Origin: a virus
Direction: 5' to 3' (one strand)
DNA length: 64,000 nucleotides
Virus record (IMG/VR): IMGVR_UViG_3300029661_000108
In this document: piece after piece, positions 30,853 to 39,996 of the stretch
How positions within the stretch are numbered: position 1 is the first letter of the stretch
How the letters are laid out: the number at the start of each line of letters is the position of its first letter
Translations under genes and position numbers: made by a program
The notes under the pieces: generated by a model
Seen by the model: only the letters and a program-made list of their open reading frames with translations
Told to the model about the DNA's origin: nothing
The model's database searches: none

Positions 30853-30913
30853 TGATATTTTCTATAGAAATATTAGCATCTCCTACCATCATTCATATCC
30901 TATTTCCTCTTAT

Positions 30914-31234
30914 TTATTTTTTTGTATCCATTTTCACTATGTAAAGAATATGAGAAGATAAATAAAGATTGTAACAAGCATCTTGAAGATATTTTTCATC
31001 TGTTATGAGATAATTTTCTTTTGCCTTAATATCTTGTTTTATCTTCCATAATGCAACCTTGCCTGCACCCTTCAAATTGCAAAGGAGTTTTGCTGTCCTA
31101 AGACCAGTGACTTCTAAATCTGTATAAGTTACAATCTTTAAGGTAAGACTTTTGAAGAATTTGAAGGGTATTGAAACGAAACCATTTTGGTAGCAATACT
31201 CCAATACATAACTTTCTTTTTTCTCTTTCCACAT
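30914..31234 (-). CDS. hypothetical protein (106 aa), possibly an NfeD-like partner of flotillin
   Basis: Lies immediately downstream of the flotillin gene; speculative. Confidence 0.3.
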   Translation of the reverse strand: MWKEKKESYVLEYCYQNGFVSIPFKFFKSLTLKIVTYTDLEVTGLRTAKLLCNLKGAGKVALWKIKQDIKAKENYLITDEKYLQDACYNLYLSSHILYIVKMDTKK

Positions 31235-31268
31235 TTTTGAACCTCATATTTTATTAAAAAGAGAGGTA

Positions 31269-32726
31269 TTAATCCTCTCTCCTATCATTACTCATTTTTT
31301 CCAATGCTTTCACTCCAACTAATGACCCAAGAATCTGATTAAGATTTAAGCCCAACCCTTGTTCCATTCCTGTATTTACTTGATGAGTTGTCTTCATGAC
31401 ATCCTCAATCAGTTTTGCACTATTCCCTTCACCATACATTGTAATGTTGCCAATCTTTTCAAGTGGTTTGGCTGCCGCTTCAACTGCTTTTGGCCATGCA
31501 TTGAAGTACATTTCTGCAATTGCTGCTTCGCCATATTTTTTCATCGCTTCAGCTTTTTTATCTAATGCTTCAGCTTCAGCAATACCTTTGGCTTCAATAG
31601 CCTTGGCTTCTGCTTCCCCTTTTGTACGGATACCTGATGCTTCCTGCTCCATTTGATATTTTAAGGCTTCAGCTTGTGCTTTCTTGGCTTGAGCTTCTTT
31701 TTCCTGCTCAAATTTCCACGCTTCTGCATTTTGCTGACGTGCATATAAATCAGCGTCTGCTCTTTGCTGTGCAGCAAATTTTTCTGCTTCAGCTTGCTTC
31801 TTGATTTTTGCATCAAGTTCCTGTTCTGTAACTTCAACGTCTTTACGTCTCAATTCAATTTCTTTTTCCTGTCTCATAATATTTGCGTCAGCTGTTGCAA
31901 TTTCAATTGCTTTACGAGACTGTTCCTGCTGAATTGTATATGCTGCATCTGCTTCAGCTTGTTTTGCATCTGCAGTCTTCTTTAATTCAGCTTTTTTGAT
32001 AGCTAATTCATTATTCTTTTCTGCAATAATTGTTTCAGCAGCAATTTTTGCATCATTTGCTTCCTGGAATGCTTTTGACTGAGCCTGAGCAATATCTCTT
32101 TCACTCACAGCACGAGAAATTGCCGCATTTTTTTGAATCTTTACAATATTGTCAACCCCAAGATTTTCAATAACACCATTGCCATCAACAAAATTCTGAA
32201 CATTAAACGAAACAATATCCAAACCCATCTTTGCCAAATCAGGTTCAGCATTCTCCTTTACCAATTCAGCAAACTTCTGTCTATCGGAAACCATTTCCTC
32301 AAGATTCATACGTCCTACGATTTCACGCATATTCCCTTCCAAAACTTCTCTTGCAACATTGGCAATATAATCAACTCTCTTATTCAAGAAGTTCTGTGCA
32401 GCTAATCCTAAACGTTCACTGTTATCACTAATCTTGACATTGACTGCTGCATCTACATTAATGTTGATATAGTCAGCGGTTGGTACAGCACTAGACGTTT
32501 TGACATCAATGGGAATTAACTGTAAATTCAATTCATCTTTCTTCTCTAGAAATGGAATTTTAATTCCTGCTTTCCCAATTAAAACCTTTGGTTGTTTTCT
32601 CAGTCCTGAAATAATATACGCAGTGTCTGGTGATGCCTTGACATATCCTGTCAATACAATCACTAAAATAAGAGCTCCTACTAAAACACCTGTAATCACT
32701 CCAGGATTCATTAAAAAATCTAACAT
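31269..32726 (-). CDS. floT: flotillin-family protein (SPFH domain, FloT/YuaG-like)
   Basis: N-terminal TM, SPFH domain, then a long Ala/Glu/Lys/Gln-rich coiled-coil typical of flotillins. Confidence 0.8.
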   Translation of the reverse strand: MLDFLMNPGVITGVLVGALILVIVLTGYVKASPDTAYIISGLRKQPKVLIGKAGIKIPFLEKKDELNLQLIPIDVKTSSAVPTADYININVDAAVNVKISDNSERLGLAAQNFLNKRVDYIANVAREVLEGNMREIVGRMNLEEMVSDRQKFAELVKENAEPDLAKMGLDIVSFNVQNFVDGNGVIENLGVDNIVKIQKNAAISRAVSERDIAQAQSKAFQEANDAKIAAETIIAEKNNELAIKKAELKKTADAKQAEADAAYTIQQEQSRKAIEIATADANIMRQEKEIELRRKDVEVTEQELDAKIKKQAEAEKFAAQQRADADLYARQQNAEAWKFEQEKEAQAKKAQAEALKYQMEQEASGIRTKGEAEAKAIEAKGIAEAEALDKKAEAMKKYGEAAIAEMYFNAWPKAVEAAAKPLEKIGNITMYGEGNSAKLIEDVMKTTHQVNTGMEQGLGLNLNQILGSLVGVKALEKMSNDRRED

Positions 32727-32800
32727 AATCTACCTCCTTTCTTTTTATTCAATTGTTTCATTCTTATTTGTTAAACTTTCTTATTTCATGTCTTCACCTC

Positions 32801-32835
32801 AAAAAAAGAATGCAGACAGGTGCATTCTTTTTTTA
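32801..32835. terminator. bidirectional intrinsic terminator
   Basis: A-run, AGAATGCA-gacagg-TGCATTCT, then T-run. Confidence 0.5.
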
Positions 32836-33045
32836 TATGCTTTGTCATTTATTTGCACCTGTCCTTTCTTTATGAGTCTATTATATCATTTATTTGTTAT
32901 TTTTACAATAATTTTTTCTATATATTTATGAAAATAACAAATGTTTAACTGTTTTGCCTTTGCTGTCATTATATAAAGAAAAAGACATACCTCATTTGAT
33001 ACGTCTTTTCCTTATCATAATATAATATTTATAAACTATGGAACT

Positions 33046-33306
33046 TTATTCTACATAATTGCATCTTTCAATCTTTACTTTATCAGAATGTTTCCATCCA
33101 ATTGCTCTTGTCTTTGCCTGACACATTGGACAGCTGCAATGTATTTTACTTTTAGCAAGTCTGTGTGTTTGCCCATTTGTGAATTCCTCTAAAACTCCCT
33201 CACCATAACTATTCAAAATCTTTTTCTTTCTTTCAATAATCCTGAATTCATTCTTTCTAGAAACTGCTCTATTATGTCTTTTTTCAGTATATGACATTGT
33301 CTTCAC
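33046..33306 (-). CDS. hypothetical Cys-containing small protein (86 aa)
   Basis: ORF with CSCPMC and C-terminal C; function unknown. Confidence 0.3.
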   Translation of the reverse strand: MKTMSYTEKRHNRAVSRKNEFRIIERKKKILNSYGEGVLEEFTNGQTHRLAKSKIHCSCPMCQAKTRAIGWKHSDKVKIERCNYVE

Positions 33307-33461
33307 CTCACTGAATACTTATAAAAATCGTGAAAAGAAAGCCATTCACCTCTCCAAGTGAACAGCCAATATTATACAGGTCCTCTCACGATTTCCATAA
33401 TTCTATTTTACCATAGATTATTAGGATAAAGAAAAATAGAACTGTTGTATTCTATCATGAT

Positions 33462-33671
33462 TTATATAATATAGATTTCACCTTTAACGATTTCATCATT
33501 ATATAGCCCATTATAATAAATAATCTTTTTATCAGTTACATAATAGATTTCCAAATCATTAATCTTGTTAAGAATTATTTTTTTATGTTTTAAGGAATCC
33601 TTAACTTCCTTAATGATTCTGCTTTCTTCAATATTGAATCCATTACTCTGTATTTCTAGTTTATATTTCAT
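33462..33671 (-). CDS. hypothetical protein (69 aa)
   Basis: ORF only. Confidence 0.25.
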   Translation of the reverse strand: MKYKLEIQSNGFNIEESRIIKEVKDSLKHKKIILNKINDLEIYYVTDKKIIYYNGLYNDEIVKGEIYII

Positions 33672-33698
33672 TATCTCACCTCCGTTCTTTTATTCTTT

Positions 33699-34301
33699 TT
33701 ACTCTTTTAAACTCCTTATAAATACTTTCAGCAATCTTTCATCATATTGAGAAGATTCTTCCAATAATCTCTGAATAGCCTCTTGCTTCGTTAGTGTTTG
33801 CTTGTAGCATCTTTGATATGTTAAAGCATCATAACTATCTACAATTGCAACTATTTTTGCTTCTAAAGGGATAGTATCTCCCTTTAAATTCTGCAAATAT
33901 CCACTCCCATTATTTCTTTCATGATGATATAAGACAATATTTTGGCAAACGCTTGCAAAATCAAAATCTTCATCTGTTTTACAGTATTTAAAAAGATTAC
34001 AGAGATAATATGTTCCATATTGAGTATGATTTTGAATAATCTGATATTCCCTATTTGTTAATGTTTTCTTTTTTGAAAGAATTTCCAAAGGAATAGCAAG
34101 TTTCCCTATATCATGAACAAGAGCCGCCAATTCAACATGAAACTTAAATAAATCAGTTAAGTTTAACGAAGGGATATCCTTGTCCAATCTCTCAACAAAT
34201 CTTTTTATATACATTGACACATTTTCTGAATGGTCGTTGAAAAAGTTTTTTTGAGAAGTGACAAGATGATTAAATTCATCTTCAACAGCTTTTGATATCA
34301 T
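33699..34301 (-). CDS. HD-domain / HD-GYP-like phosphohydrolase (200 aa)
   Basis: HDIGKL (HD motif) and HHERNNGSGYLQ, resembling HHExxDGSGYP of HD-GYP domains. Confidence 0.6.
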   Translation of the reverse strand: MISKAVEDEFNHLVTSQKNFFNDHSENVSMYIKRFVERLDKDIPSLNLTDLFKFHVELAALVHDIGKLAIPLEILSKKKTLTNREYQIIQNHTQYGTYYLCNLFKYCKTDEDFDFASVCQNIVLYHHERNNGSGYLQNLKGDTIPLEAKIVAIVDSYDALTYQRCYKQTLTKQEAIQRLLEESSQYDERLLKVFIRSLKE

Positions 34302-34495
34302 TTAAAAATCACCTCATTAAGATACTTTAGTACCTTTTATTTATTTAAATTTATAATACTTAACTTATTACTTTCTTTTGCAAAGTATAAAATCATATAA
34401 AAACCTGTTACATATTTACAATTTCTTTAAATCATGCTACATTTATATTATAAATCAACTCTTATTTCAAGAGTTTCAAAAGGGAGGAATGTATT

Positions 34496-35299
34496 ATGAA
34501 GCTCAGTTTTAAGAAATTTTTTGTTGGGGTATCAATTTTAGCATTAACTTTTGCTGCTATAAATGTAACCCCAGTATTCGCAGCAGATTTAGATGATATT
34601 TATGAAAAAGAAATATCTGAATCTATTATTGCTGGTGACGGAAGTGCTGAAAACCCTTATATTTTAAATGAAGAAACCTCGCCGATGTTTACACAGTATT
34701 TAGAAGAAAAGGGTAAAGAAGCTATAGTGTCTTTACAAGTTCCAACAGTATCAACATTTGGTTTATTTGATGGCATTTTAAGTGGTACATCTCACGGAAC
34801 TGCACCAAATGGTGCCTATTGGAAATATACGAGTGGAGCACCAAATGTTAATAGTAATGGTAATGTATGGATGAAAAGTGTTGAATATATGACTTACAAT
34901 GAAGTAAAAAATATGGTGGCAGGGTTTAATTCAAGTTCATATGTTTCAGTGTTTAAAGGTAGTATTACAGAAATTGCTGGATGGAGCTTAACTAAAGCTG
35001 TTAATCATCTTATAAACAAAGGAATACAAAAGAGTATAGCAACAGCTTTTGCAACTTGGCTTGGTTGCGGAACAACTTTTATTGGTGCATATCTTATATT
35101 AGAAGAATACAGTACTTTTACGAAACAAAGACCATATATAAGAGCCCATGAAGCTGGTGTAGGACTTATTCATGCAGCATATAATACTTCTTATCAAGGA
35201 AAATGGTATGGTCATTCTGCATCTGATTTATGGCCAACTTATCCAATTGCTAAAGACCCTGGAATAATGTATGGAAAAGGAACTTATGTGAAAAAATGA
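34496..35299 (+). CDS. secreted hypothetical protein (267 aa)
   Basis: N-terminal signal peptide ending VFAAD. Confidence 0.45.
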   Translation: MKLSFKKFFVGVSILALTFAAINVTPVFAADLDDIYEKEISESIIAGDGSAENPYILNEETSPMFTQYLEEKGKEAIVSLQVPTVSTFGLFDGILSGTSHGTAPNGAYWKYTSGAPNVNSNGNVWMKSVEYMTYNEVKNMVAGFNSSSYVSVFKGSITEIAGWSLTKAVNHLINKGIQKSIATAFATWLGCGTTFIGAYLILEEYSTFTKQRPYIRAHEAGVGLIHAAYNTSYQGKWYGHSASDLWPTYPIAKDPGIMYGKGTYVKK

Positions 35300-35583
35300 T
35301 ATTTTACTTTTTAATTGAAACCATTACTTTATTATTAATCTTTATTAATATTCTAAAACTTATTAAAAAAAATGATTTAAAAAAATACATTATATTTATT
35401 GAGGGAGGATTAATAGTTTCTTTTATTTCAATATATTTGTTTGTATATTTCAATGGATATCTTCCTCATATCACAGAAGAATTAAATAAAAATGGATTTT
35501 TATATCCTTTTCATTTAATTTCTATTCTCGTGTGGGTAGTTTTAAATAGTATTATTCTTCATAAGCAAAAAAAAAATAAATAG
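35296..35583 (+). CDS. small membrane protein (95 aa)
   Basis: Three hydrophobic helices; overlaps the upstream stop by 4 nt. Confidence 0.35.
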   Translation: MIFYFLIETITLLLIFINILKLIKKNDLKKYIIFIEGGLIVSFISIYLFVYFNGYLPHITEELNKNGFLYPFHLISILVWVVLNSIILHKQKKNK

Positions 35584-35951
35584 AATCTTACTCTATAAAT
35601 GAATATCATTTATAGAGTCTTTTTTATTTCTAATTCACTTAAATCTAAGTATTGAAATATAAATATATTGCGAACGTTCCTATGAACCCTAACTCTTCAA
35701 GTGTCTAACATAGGCTTTTCCAAGTTTTTCTTCTGTTTCTCAATTGATATGAGTCATTGTCCCCTATTGCCTTTTACGTCGGTCTCATGTTACTGGCACA
35801 ACTTCGCAGATACATAAGTTCTTTTGTTATGACTGATTTAAAATTTACCTTCTTTGATTATATCTGATAAAGTTATTGTTCTCTTGTATTGTGAAATCAC
35901 TTATGGGCACAAAATGCCCAGATGTCTTTTCATTATAATAAATTTCTTCTT

Positions 35952-36025
35952 TGGTGTGAAAGACGGGAATCGAACCCGTATAGTTGGAGCCACAATCCAC
36001 CACACTACCATTGTGCTACAATCAC
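35952..36025 (-). tRNA. tRNA, probably His (GTG); two mismatches in the acceptor stem
   Basis: T-arm ACGGG-TTCGATT-CCCGT plus ACCA. Anticodon arm GTGGA-TTGTGGC-TCCAA read by hand. Confidence 0.45.
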
Positions 36026-36079
36026 CATCATTATTTTATAAAGCAACACGCAAAAAGTGAGTGTTCGTCATAAAATATT

Positions 36080-36154
36080 TGGTACCCAATATAGGAATCG
36101 AACCTATAATTGATGGTTCGTAGCCATCTGTTTTATCCATTAGACTAATTGGGT
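36080..36154 (-). tRNA. tRNA-Arg (ACG)
   Basis: Acceptor ACCCAAT/ATTGGGT, anticodon arm GATGG-CTACGAA-CCATC, T-arm ATAGG-TTCGATT-CCTAT, ACCA. Confidence 0.65.
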
Positions 36155-36162
36155 ATGTTTTT

Positions 36163-36236
36163 TGGAGGCCTCGACCAGACTTGAACTGGTATAAATAGGG
36201 TTGCAGCCTATTGCATAGCCATTCTGCCACGAGGTC
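36163..36236 (-). tRNA. tRNA-Cys (GCA)
   Basis: Anticodon arm ATAGG-CTGCAAC-CCTAT; T-arm ACCAG-TTCAAGT-CTGGT; TCCA end. Confidence 0.6.
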
Positions 36237-36279
36237 GCAAATATTTTCTTTTTGTTTTACAATATTTAACTTTATATTT

Positions 36280-37359
36280 TCATTTAATGACCCATTGAAG
36301 TTTTGAATCATCAGTAAAATATAATTCTCCTCCATAATCAGAGCACCAACTTTTGTCCAAATTGACTTTTTCTTCATTGTTTTTCAATTCTATTTCATAA
36401 TCTTGTTTCATCTGAGAAACTAAATTATCTTCTCGTGAAATTGAAATATTACTCTTCAAAGTTTTGTTTATAATAACATTTCCACTAATAAGACTATCTT
36501 TAAATTCATCTATAGTGGCTTTTTTAATGATTTTTTTATATATTTTTTTATTTGCACTTTCATAACAACAAATCTGTAATACTTTGCGTATTTGAAAATT
36601 AGGCTCATATCTTCCTGCTAAATAAATAATTATTGGGTTTACATAGTTACTAAATGTAAAAAGTCTTTTTTCTTTATCATCTAATTTTAGAGGAAATAAA
36701 ATGATATAATCATATTTTTTATTTTCATCTAATTCACATAAAGAAGAACAAGTGTCCTCAACTCCATTATAGTTATAGATAATTTCATAATTCAAAAAAT
36801 AATTATTTATAAGTTTTTTAATATCCTCATACTCTTTTATTTCTTTCAAAGGCTTTGCTTTCATTTTCTTTTGATTAAGAACATCAATAATAATATTTAT
36901 ATATTCTTCTGTGACATTTTTATTATTAATAAATATAGGCTCAGATGTAAAATCGGTTGTACGATATAACTGAATTGTTTTTTCTCTATATATTTCATTT
37001 AAAACGTTAGCTACTTTATCAATATGATTGACATAAATATCCTTTTTCAAGAAAATATTTTCAATATAAAACTTTAAAACATCTTGCCAATTATTATTAA
37101 CAAATAAATTTTCCATATCTTCTGGTGATGTAACATAAAAAAGTGTTTTTAACTTATCCATCAAAATCTCTGATTTTATAAATGAGTCTTTTGTAAACAT
37201 ACTACTTAATTTATTATAATTGTCTATAGTTTCCTCTACATTTTCTCGAAGATGTTTTCCATGAAAAGCTTCTTCAAGGTTATTATAATATTTTTCCTTA
37301 TACAAAAAACCATCTGAATATGTCGGTGACAGATTTAACTCTTTAATATTTGTTATCAT
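36280..37359 (-). CDS. hypothetical protein (359 aa) embedded between two tRNA blocks
   Basis: Long ORF with no recognised motif. Confidence 0.45.
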   Translation of the reverse strand: MITNIKELNLSPTYSDGFLYKEKYYNNLEEAFHGKHLRENVEETIDNYNKLSSMFTKDSFIKSEILMDKLKTLFYVTSPEDMENLFVNNNWQDVLKFYIENIFLKKDIYVNHIDKVANVLNEIYREKTIQLYRTTDFTSEPIFINNKNVTEEYINIIIDVLNQKKMKAKPLKEIKEYEDIKKLINNYFLNYEIIYNYNGVEDTCSSLCELDENKKYDYIILFPLKLDDKEKRLFTFSNYVNPIIIYLAGRYEPNFQIRKVLQICCYESANKKIYKKIIKKATIDEFKDSLISGNVIINKTLKSNISISREDNLVSQMKQDYEIELKNNEEKVNLDKSWCSDYGGELYFTDDSKLQWVIK

Positions 37360-37635
37360 ATAACACCTCTCTCGTCCATCTAAAGGCTTTATAGTAGCTT
37401 TTTAAAAACTAGTTAAAATAAATCAATACTCCTAAAAAACCCCTGCTGGCATCTGCCATATATATTCTGGAGTGCTTTTCAGTATTCTGACTTACCATGC
37501 CTATATCAGAAGTTTGGTGAACTGAAAAGAATTTTTCGGATAAGGTTTTACATGGATATTTATATACCTTATACCTGTAGAGGAAAATTTTAGAATATGT
37601 TATCAGCAAAAACAATTTATATCCTAAATAATATT

Positions 37636-37671
37636 TGGTGCTCATAGTAGGATTTGAACCTACATATGGGC
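37636..37671 (-). other. tRNA 3'-half-like minihelix (acceptor + T-arm only)
   Basis: Reverse complement gives GCCCATA-GTAGG-TTCAAAT-CCTAC-TATGAGC-ACCA. No D-arm or anticodon arm. Confidence 0.4.
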
Positions 37672-37676
37672 ATTTT

Positions 37677-37751
37677 GGTAGGAATAATAGGAATCGAACC
37701 TATATTGCACGATTATCGGTCGTGAGTACTCACCAGTTGTACGATACTCCT
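37677..37751 (-). tRNA. tRNA-Ile (GAT) with C33 in the anticodon loop
   Basis: Acceptor AGGAGTA/TATTCCT, anticodon arm CACGA-CCGATAA-TCGTG, T-arm ATAGG-TTCGATT-CCTAT. Confidence 0.55.
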
Positions 37752-37754
37752 ATA

Positions 37755-37828
37755 TGGTATCCGTTGGTGGTAATGCTCCACCGTCTTCAAGTTGTAAGGA
37801 TGATGTTCTCCTTTTAAACTAAACGGAT
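37755..37828 (-). tRNA. tRNA-like element, possibly Val (TAC), with a non-canonical T-loop and weak anticodon stem
   Basis: Perfect acceptor ATCCGTT/AACGGAT plus ACCA. D-arm GTT-TAAAAGGAG-AAC. Loop CTTACAA. T-arm GGTGG-AGCATTA-CCACC. Confidence 0.35.
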
Positions 37829-37829
37829 A

Positions 37830-37906
37830 TGGTCTCGATAAAAGGATTTGAACCTTTACAAACTCGGTCCCAGGCCGAGTGCACTACCAAATTATGCTAT
37901 ATCGAG
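37830..37906 (-). tRNA. tRNA-Pro (TGG) with C33
   Basis: Acceptor CTCGATA/TATCGAG, anticodon arm CTCGG-CCTGGGA-CCGAG, T-arm AAAGG-TTCAAAT-CCTTT. Confidence 0.6.
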
Positions 37907-38032
37907 AGGAAAGAGAATATCTCTTCCGTAATTATGCTGGACCAGACATAATATGTTTATCTATCACTACAATAGACTGGACTCCGAGATACTTCCCAAT
38001 ATCTTATCTTTACCTTATTTCATGAAGGAAAT

Positions 38033-38107
38033 TGGCACCTCTTGAAGGAATTGAACCCTCATCGTGGAGGTAGAAACTCCATGCTCTATCCATTAAGCTA
38101 AAGAGGT
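38033..38107 (-). tRNA. tRNA-Arg (TCT)
   Basis: Anticodon arm TGGAG-TTTCTAC-CTCCA; T-arm GAGGG-TTCAATT-CCTTC. Confidence 0.6.
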
Positions 38108-38310
38108 AATAATGATAACTATTTATCGCAATAGCCTTAGCATCTGACTCCTTATACAGAATATACTTTCATTTTCTATTCTTTCATGCACTTTCAAATA
38201 TACTAAGAAAATATATATTTTCGTCAAAGCCAACCTCCTAGCTCGTGACTATCTGCATCCATTGCTTATGCAGTTTCCACATGGTTTTATTTAATAAATT
38301 ATATAATCAT

Positions 38311-38387
38311 TGGTGGACGATATAGGATTCGAACCTATGACCAGTCGGTTATGAGCCGACAGCTCTAACCATCTGAGCTAAACGTCC
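38311..38387 (-). tRNA. tRNA-Met or Ile2 (CAT)
   Basis: D-arm GCTC-AGATGGTTA-GAGC; anticodon arm GTCGG-CTCATAA-CCGAC; T-arm ATAGG-TTCGAAT-CCTAT. Confidence 0.65.
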
Positions 38388-38399
38388 ATATTTTTAAAA

Positions 38400-38478
38400 T
38401 GGTGGAAACTTTGGAATTCGAATCCAACTGATTTCCTGTGTGCAAAACAGGTGACCACACCTAGCAGTCCCAGTTCCC
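38400..38478 (-). tRNA. tRNA-Ala (TGC) with a G3:U70 pair
   Basis: Acceptor GGGAACT/AGTTTCC (G3-T70), anticodon arm CCTGT-TTTGCAC-ACAGG, T-arm TTGGA-TTCGAAT-TCCAA. Confidence 0.55.
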
Positions 38479-38490
38479 AATAATACATTA

Positions 38491-38578
38491 TGGCGCTGAC
38501 TATAGGACTCGAACCTATGCTAGATTTACATCTAGTACAGTTTAGCAAACCGCTGCTTTACCACTCAGCCAAGTCAGC
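38491..38578 (-). tRNA. class II tRNA, probably Ser (GCT); anticodon arm irregular
   Basis: Acceptor GCTGACT/AGTCAGC, long variable hairpin CTAGAT-gtaa-ATCTAG, T-arm ATAGG-TTCGAGT-CCTAT. The anticodon assignment is uncertain. Confidence 0.45.
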
Positions 38579-38586
38579 AAAAATAT

Positions 38587-38673
38587 TGGTACTCCTAATG
38601 GGAGTCGAACCCATACGAGCTTTTGCCCACAGAAGTTTAAGTTCTGTATGTCTACCGATTTCATCATAGGAGT
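38587..38673 (-). tRNA. tRNA-Leu (TAA)
   Basis: Anticodon arm CAGAA-CTTAAAC-TTCTG, long variable arm, T-arm ATGGG-TTCGACT-CCCAT. Confidence 0.65.
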
Positions 38674-38676
38674 ATT

Positions 38677-38761
38677 TGGTCTTCTCGAAGAGATTTGAAC
38701 TCTTACGCTATAAAGCACTAGTTTCTAAAACTAGCATGTCTACCTATTCCATCACGAGAAG
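38677..38761 (-). tRNA. tRNA-Leu (TAG)
   Basis: Anticodon arm CTAGT-TTTAGAA-ACTAG; T-arm AAGAG-TTCAAAT-CTCTT. Confidence 0.65.
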
Positions 38762-38766
38762 ATGAT

Positions 38767-38843
38767 TGGTGGTTTCAGATGGACTTGAACCAACGCTACG
38801 AGAAGTTTCAGTTATCTGCTCTACCAGATTGAACTATGAAACC
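38767..38843 (-). tRNA. tRNA-Phe (GAA)
   Basis: Acceptor GGTTTCA/TGAAACC, loop CTGAAAC, T-arm GTTGG-TTCAAGT-CCATC. Confidence 0.55.
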
Positions 38844-38857
38844 AGATGAAAAAATAT

Positions 38858-38932
38858 TGGCACCTCTGTAAGGAGTCGAACCTTAAGTTTTGGTTTTGGA
38901 GACCAATGTGTTCCCTTTTACACTACAGAGAT
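38858..38932 (-). tRNA. tRNA-Trp (CCA)
   Basis: Anticodon arm TTGGT-CTCCAAA-ACCAA; T-arm TAAGG-TTCGACT-CCTTA. Confidence 0.6.
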
Positions 38933-38934
38933 AT

Positions 38935-39011
38935 TGGCATCAGGGAGAGGGCTCGAACCTCTAAATGTGGGAGTCAAGGTCCCATGTGCTTACCAGTTTC
39001 ACCACCCTGAT
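38935..39011 (-). tRNA. tRNA-Gln (TTG) with C33
   Basis: Anticodon arm TGGGA-CCTTGAC-TCCCA; T-arm AGAGG-TTCGAGC-CCTCT. Confidence 0.55.
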
Positions 39012-39033
39012 ATCTAAATAGATTTAGTATACT

Positions 39034-39100
39034 TGGAAGTGGTTGAACCCTCATACCCTCTATTAGAAGTCGAGTGCATTACCAACTTTGCTACAAGTAC
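39034..39100 (-). other. degenerate tRNA-like element
   Basis: The reverse complement has a tRNA-like 5' half (GTACTTG-TA-GCAA-AGTTGGTAA-TGC) but lacks a canonical T-arm or acceptor closure. Confidence 0.3.
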
Positions 39101-39142
39101 AATATATAATTTTCATAGTTGAATATATATGAAATTTTTTAA

Positions 39143-39229
39143 TGGTGGGCCCCACTGGATTTGAACCAGCAGCGTTTCTAATGTCACAGATTTACAGTCT
39201 GCTTCCTTCACCAATTTGGATAGAGACCC
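39143..39229 (-). tRNA. tRNA-Tyr (GTA), class II
   Basis: Anticodon arm GCAGA-CTGTAAA-TCTGT; T-arm GCTGG-TTCAAAT-CCAGT; acceptor GGGTCTC/GGGGCCC. Confidence 0.6.
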
Positions 39230-39236
39230 ATATGTT

Positions 39237-39323
39237 TGGCGCTCAGTGAGGGACTCGAACCCCCAAGTCCTTTCAGACCAACTGTTTTCAAGACAGCACG
39301 ACTACCAATTATCACAACTGAGC
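39237..39323 (-). tRNA. tRNA-Ser (TGA), class II
   Basis: Anticodon arm GCTGT-CTTGAAA-ACAGT; T-arm GGGGG-TTCGAGT-CCCTC; acceptor GCTCAGT/ACTGAGC. Confidence 0.6.
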
Positions 39324-39593
39324 GTTTCTAAACTATCATAAATATCAATTGACCTAACAGCACGACTATGGAATTACCCAATGGTTGTTGACAAGAAAGG
39401 TCTCCTAAGATGATATAGTCTTAAACTTTATATAAATAAGCGCACCATACAGGTGTATCATCTCAGGTTTTTCAAGCCTCAAGGTTTCTGGTCTGCCAAT
39501 TATCTACTATAAACCTTTTTTCGATTTAATAAATAATCATAAGATATAATGTTATTCTATAAAATAACTATCCAACAATGAATACAATATATT

Positions 39594-39670
39594 TGGTATC
39601 CGAGGTGGGATTCGAACCCACGATTACCTGATAGAAAGTCAGGGGGCTTAAACCACTTGCCTACTCGGAC
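39594..39670 (-). tRNA. tRNA-Glu (TTC)
   Basis: Anticodon arm CCTGA-CTTTCTA-TCAGG; T-arm GTGGG-TTCGAAT-CCCAC. Confidence 0.55.
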
Positions 39671-39675
39671 ATATT

Positions 39676-39752
39676 TGGCGGACCCTGCAGGACTTGAACC
39701 TGCGACCCTTCGCTTAACAGGCGAACGCTCTAACCAACTGAGCTAAAGGTCC
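39676..39752 (-). tRNA. tRNA-Asn (GTT)
   Basis: D-arm GCTC-AGTTGGTTA-GAGC; anticodon arm TTCGC-CTGTTAA-GCGAA; T-arm GCAGG-TTCAAGT-CCTGC. Confidence 0.7.
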
Positions 39753-39761
39753 ATATAATTT

Positions 39762-39836
39762 TGGAGTGAGTAAAGGGTATCGAACCCTCATCCTCTGCTT
39801 GGAAGGCAGATATACGAACCATTATACTATACCCAC
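39762..39836 (-). tRNA. tRNA-Gly (TCC)
   Basis: Anticodon arm TCTGC-CTTCCAA-GCAGA; T-arm GAGGG-TTCGATA-CCCTT. Confidence 0.6.
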
Positions 39837-39840
39837 AATA

Positions 39841-39916
39841 TGGTGCCATCTGAGAGATTCGAACTCCCAACCAACTGATTACAGGTCAGCTGCACTTCCA
39901 GTTGTGCTAAGGTGGC
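39841..39916 (-). tRNA. tRNA-Thr (TGT) with C33
   Basis: Anticodon arm GCTGA-CCTGTAA-TCAGT; T-arm GGGAG-TTCGAAT-CTCTC. Confidence 0.55.
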
Positions 39917-39920
39917 AAAT

Positions 39921-39995
39921 TGGCGGAACATAGGAGAATTGAACTCCTATCTCTTGATAGACAGTCAAGTATATTTTCCATTATACGAATGCTCC
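39921..39995 (-). tRNA. tRNA-Asp (GTC)
   Basis: Anticodon arm CTTGA-CTGTCTA-TCAAG; T-arm AGGAG-TTCAATT-CTCCT. Confidence 0.6.
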
Positions 39996-39996
39996 A

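Noticed and set aside
35600-35950. An additional tRNA or tmRNA in the 350-bp gap before the first tRNA (GAACCC-containing segment near 35670-35700)
   Set aside because: No complete T-arm, acceptor or CCA arrangement could be assembled. There is only a GGGCA-caaaa-TGCCC hairpin at about 35905-35920.
35854-36377. ORF-track entries 35854..36060 (+) and 36036..36377 (-) as coding genes
   Set aside because: They overlap the His, Arg and Cys tRNA genes and have no SD or motif. They are most likely spurious frames over RNA genes.
37409-37817. ORFs 37409..37645 (-) and 37635..37817 (+), and 40000..40215 (+)
   Set aside because: They overlap tRNA genes and promoter or intergenic sequence of the tRNA array. 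They are short, with no ribosome-binding context.
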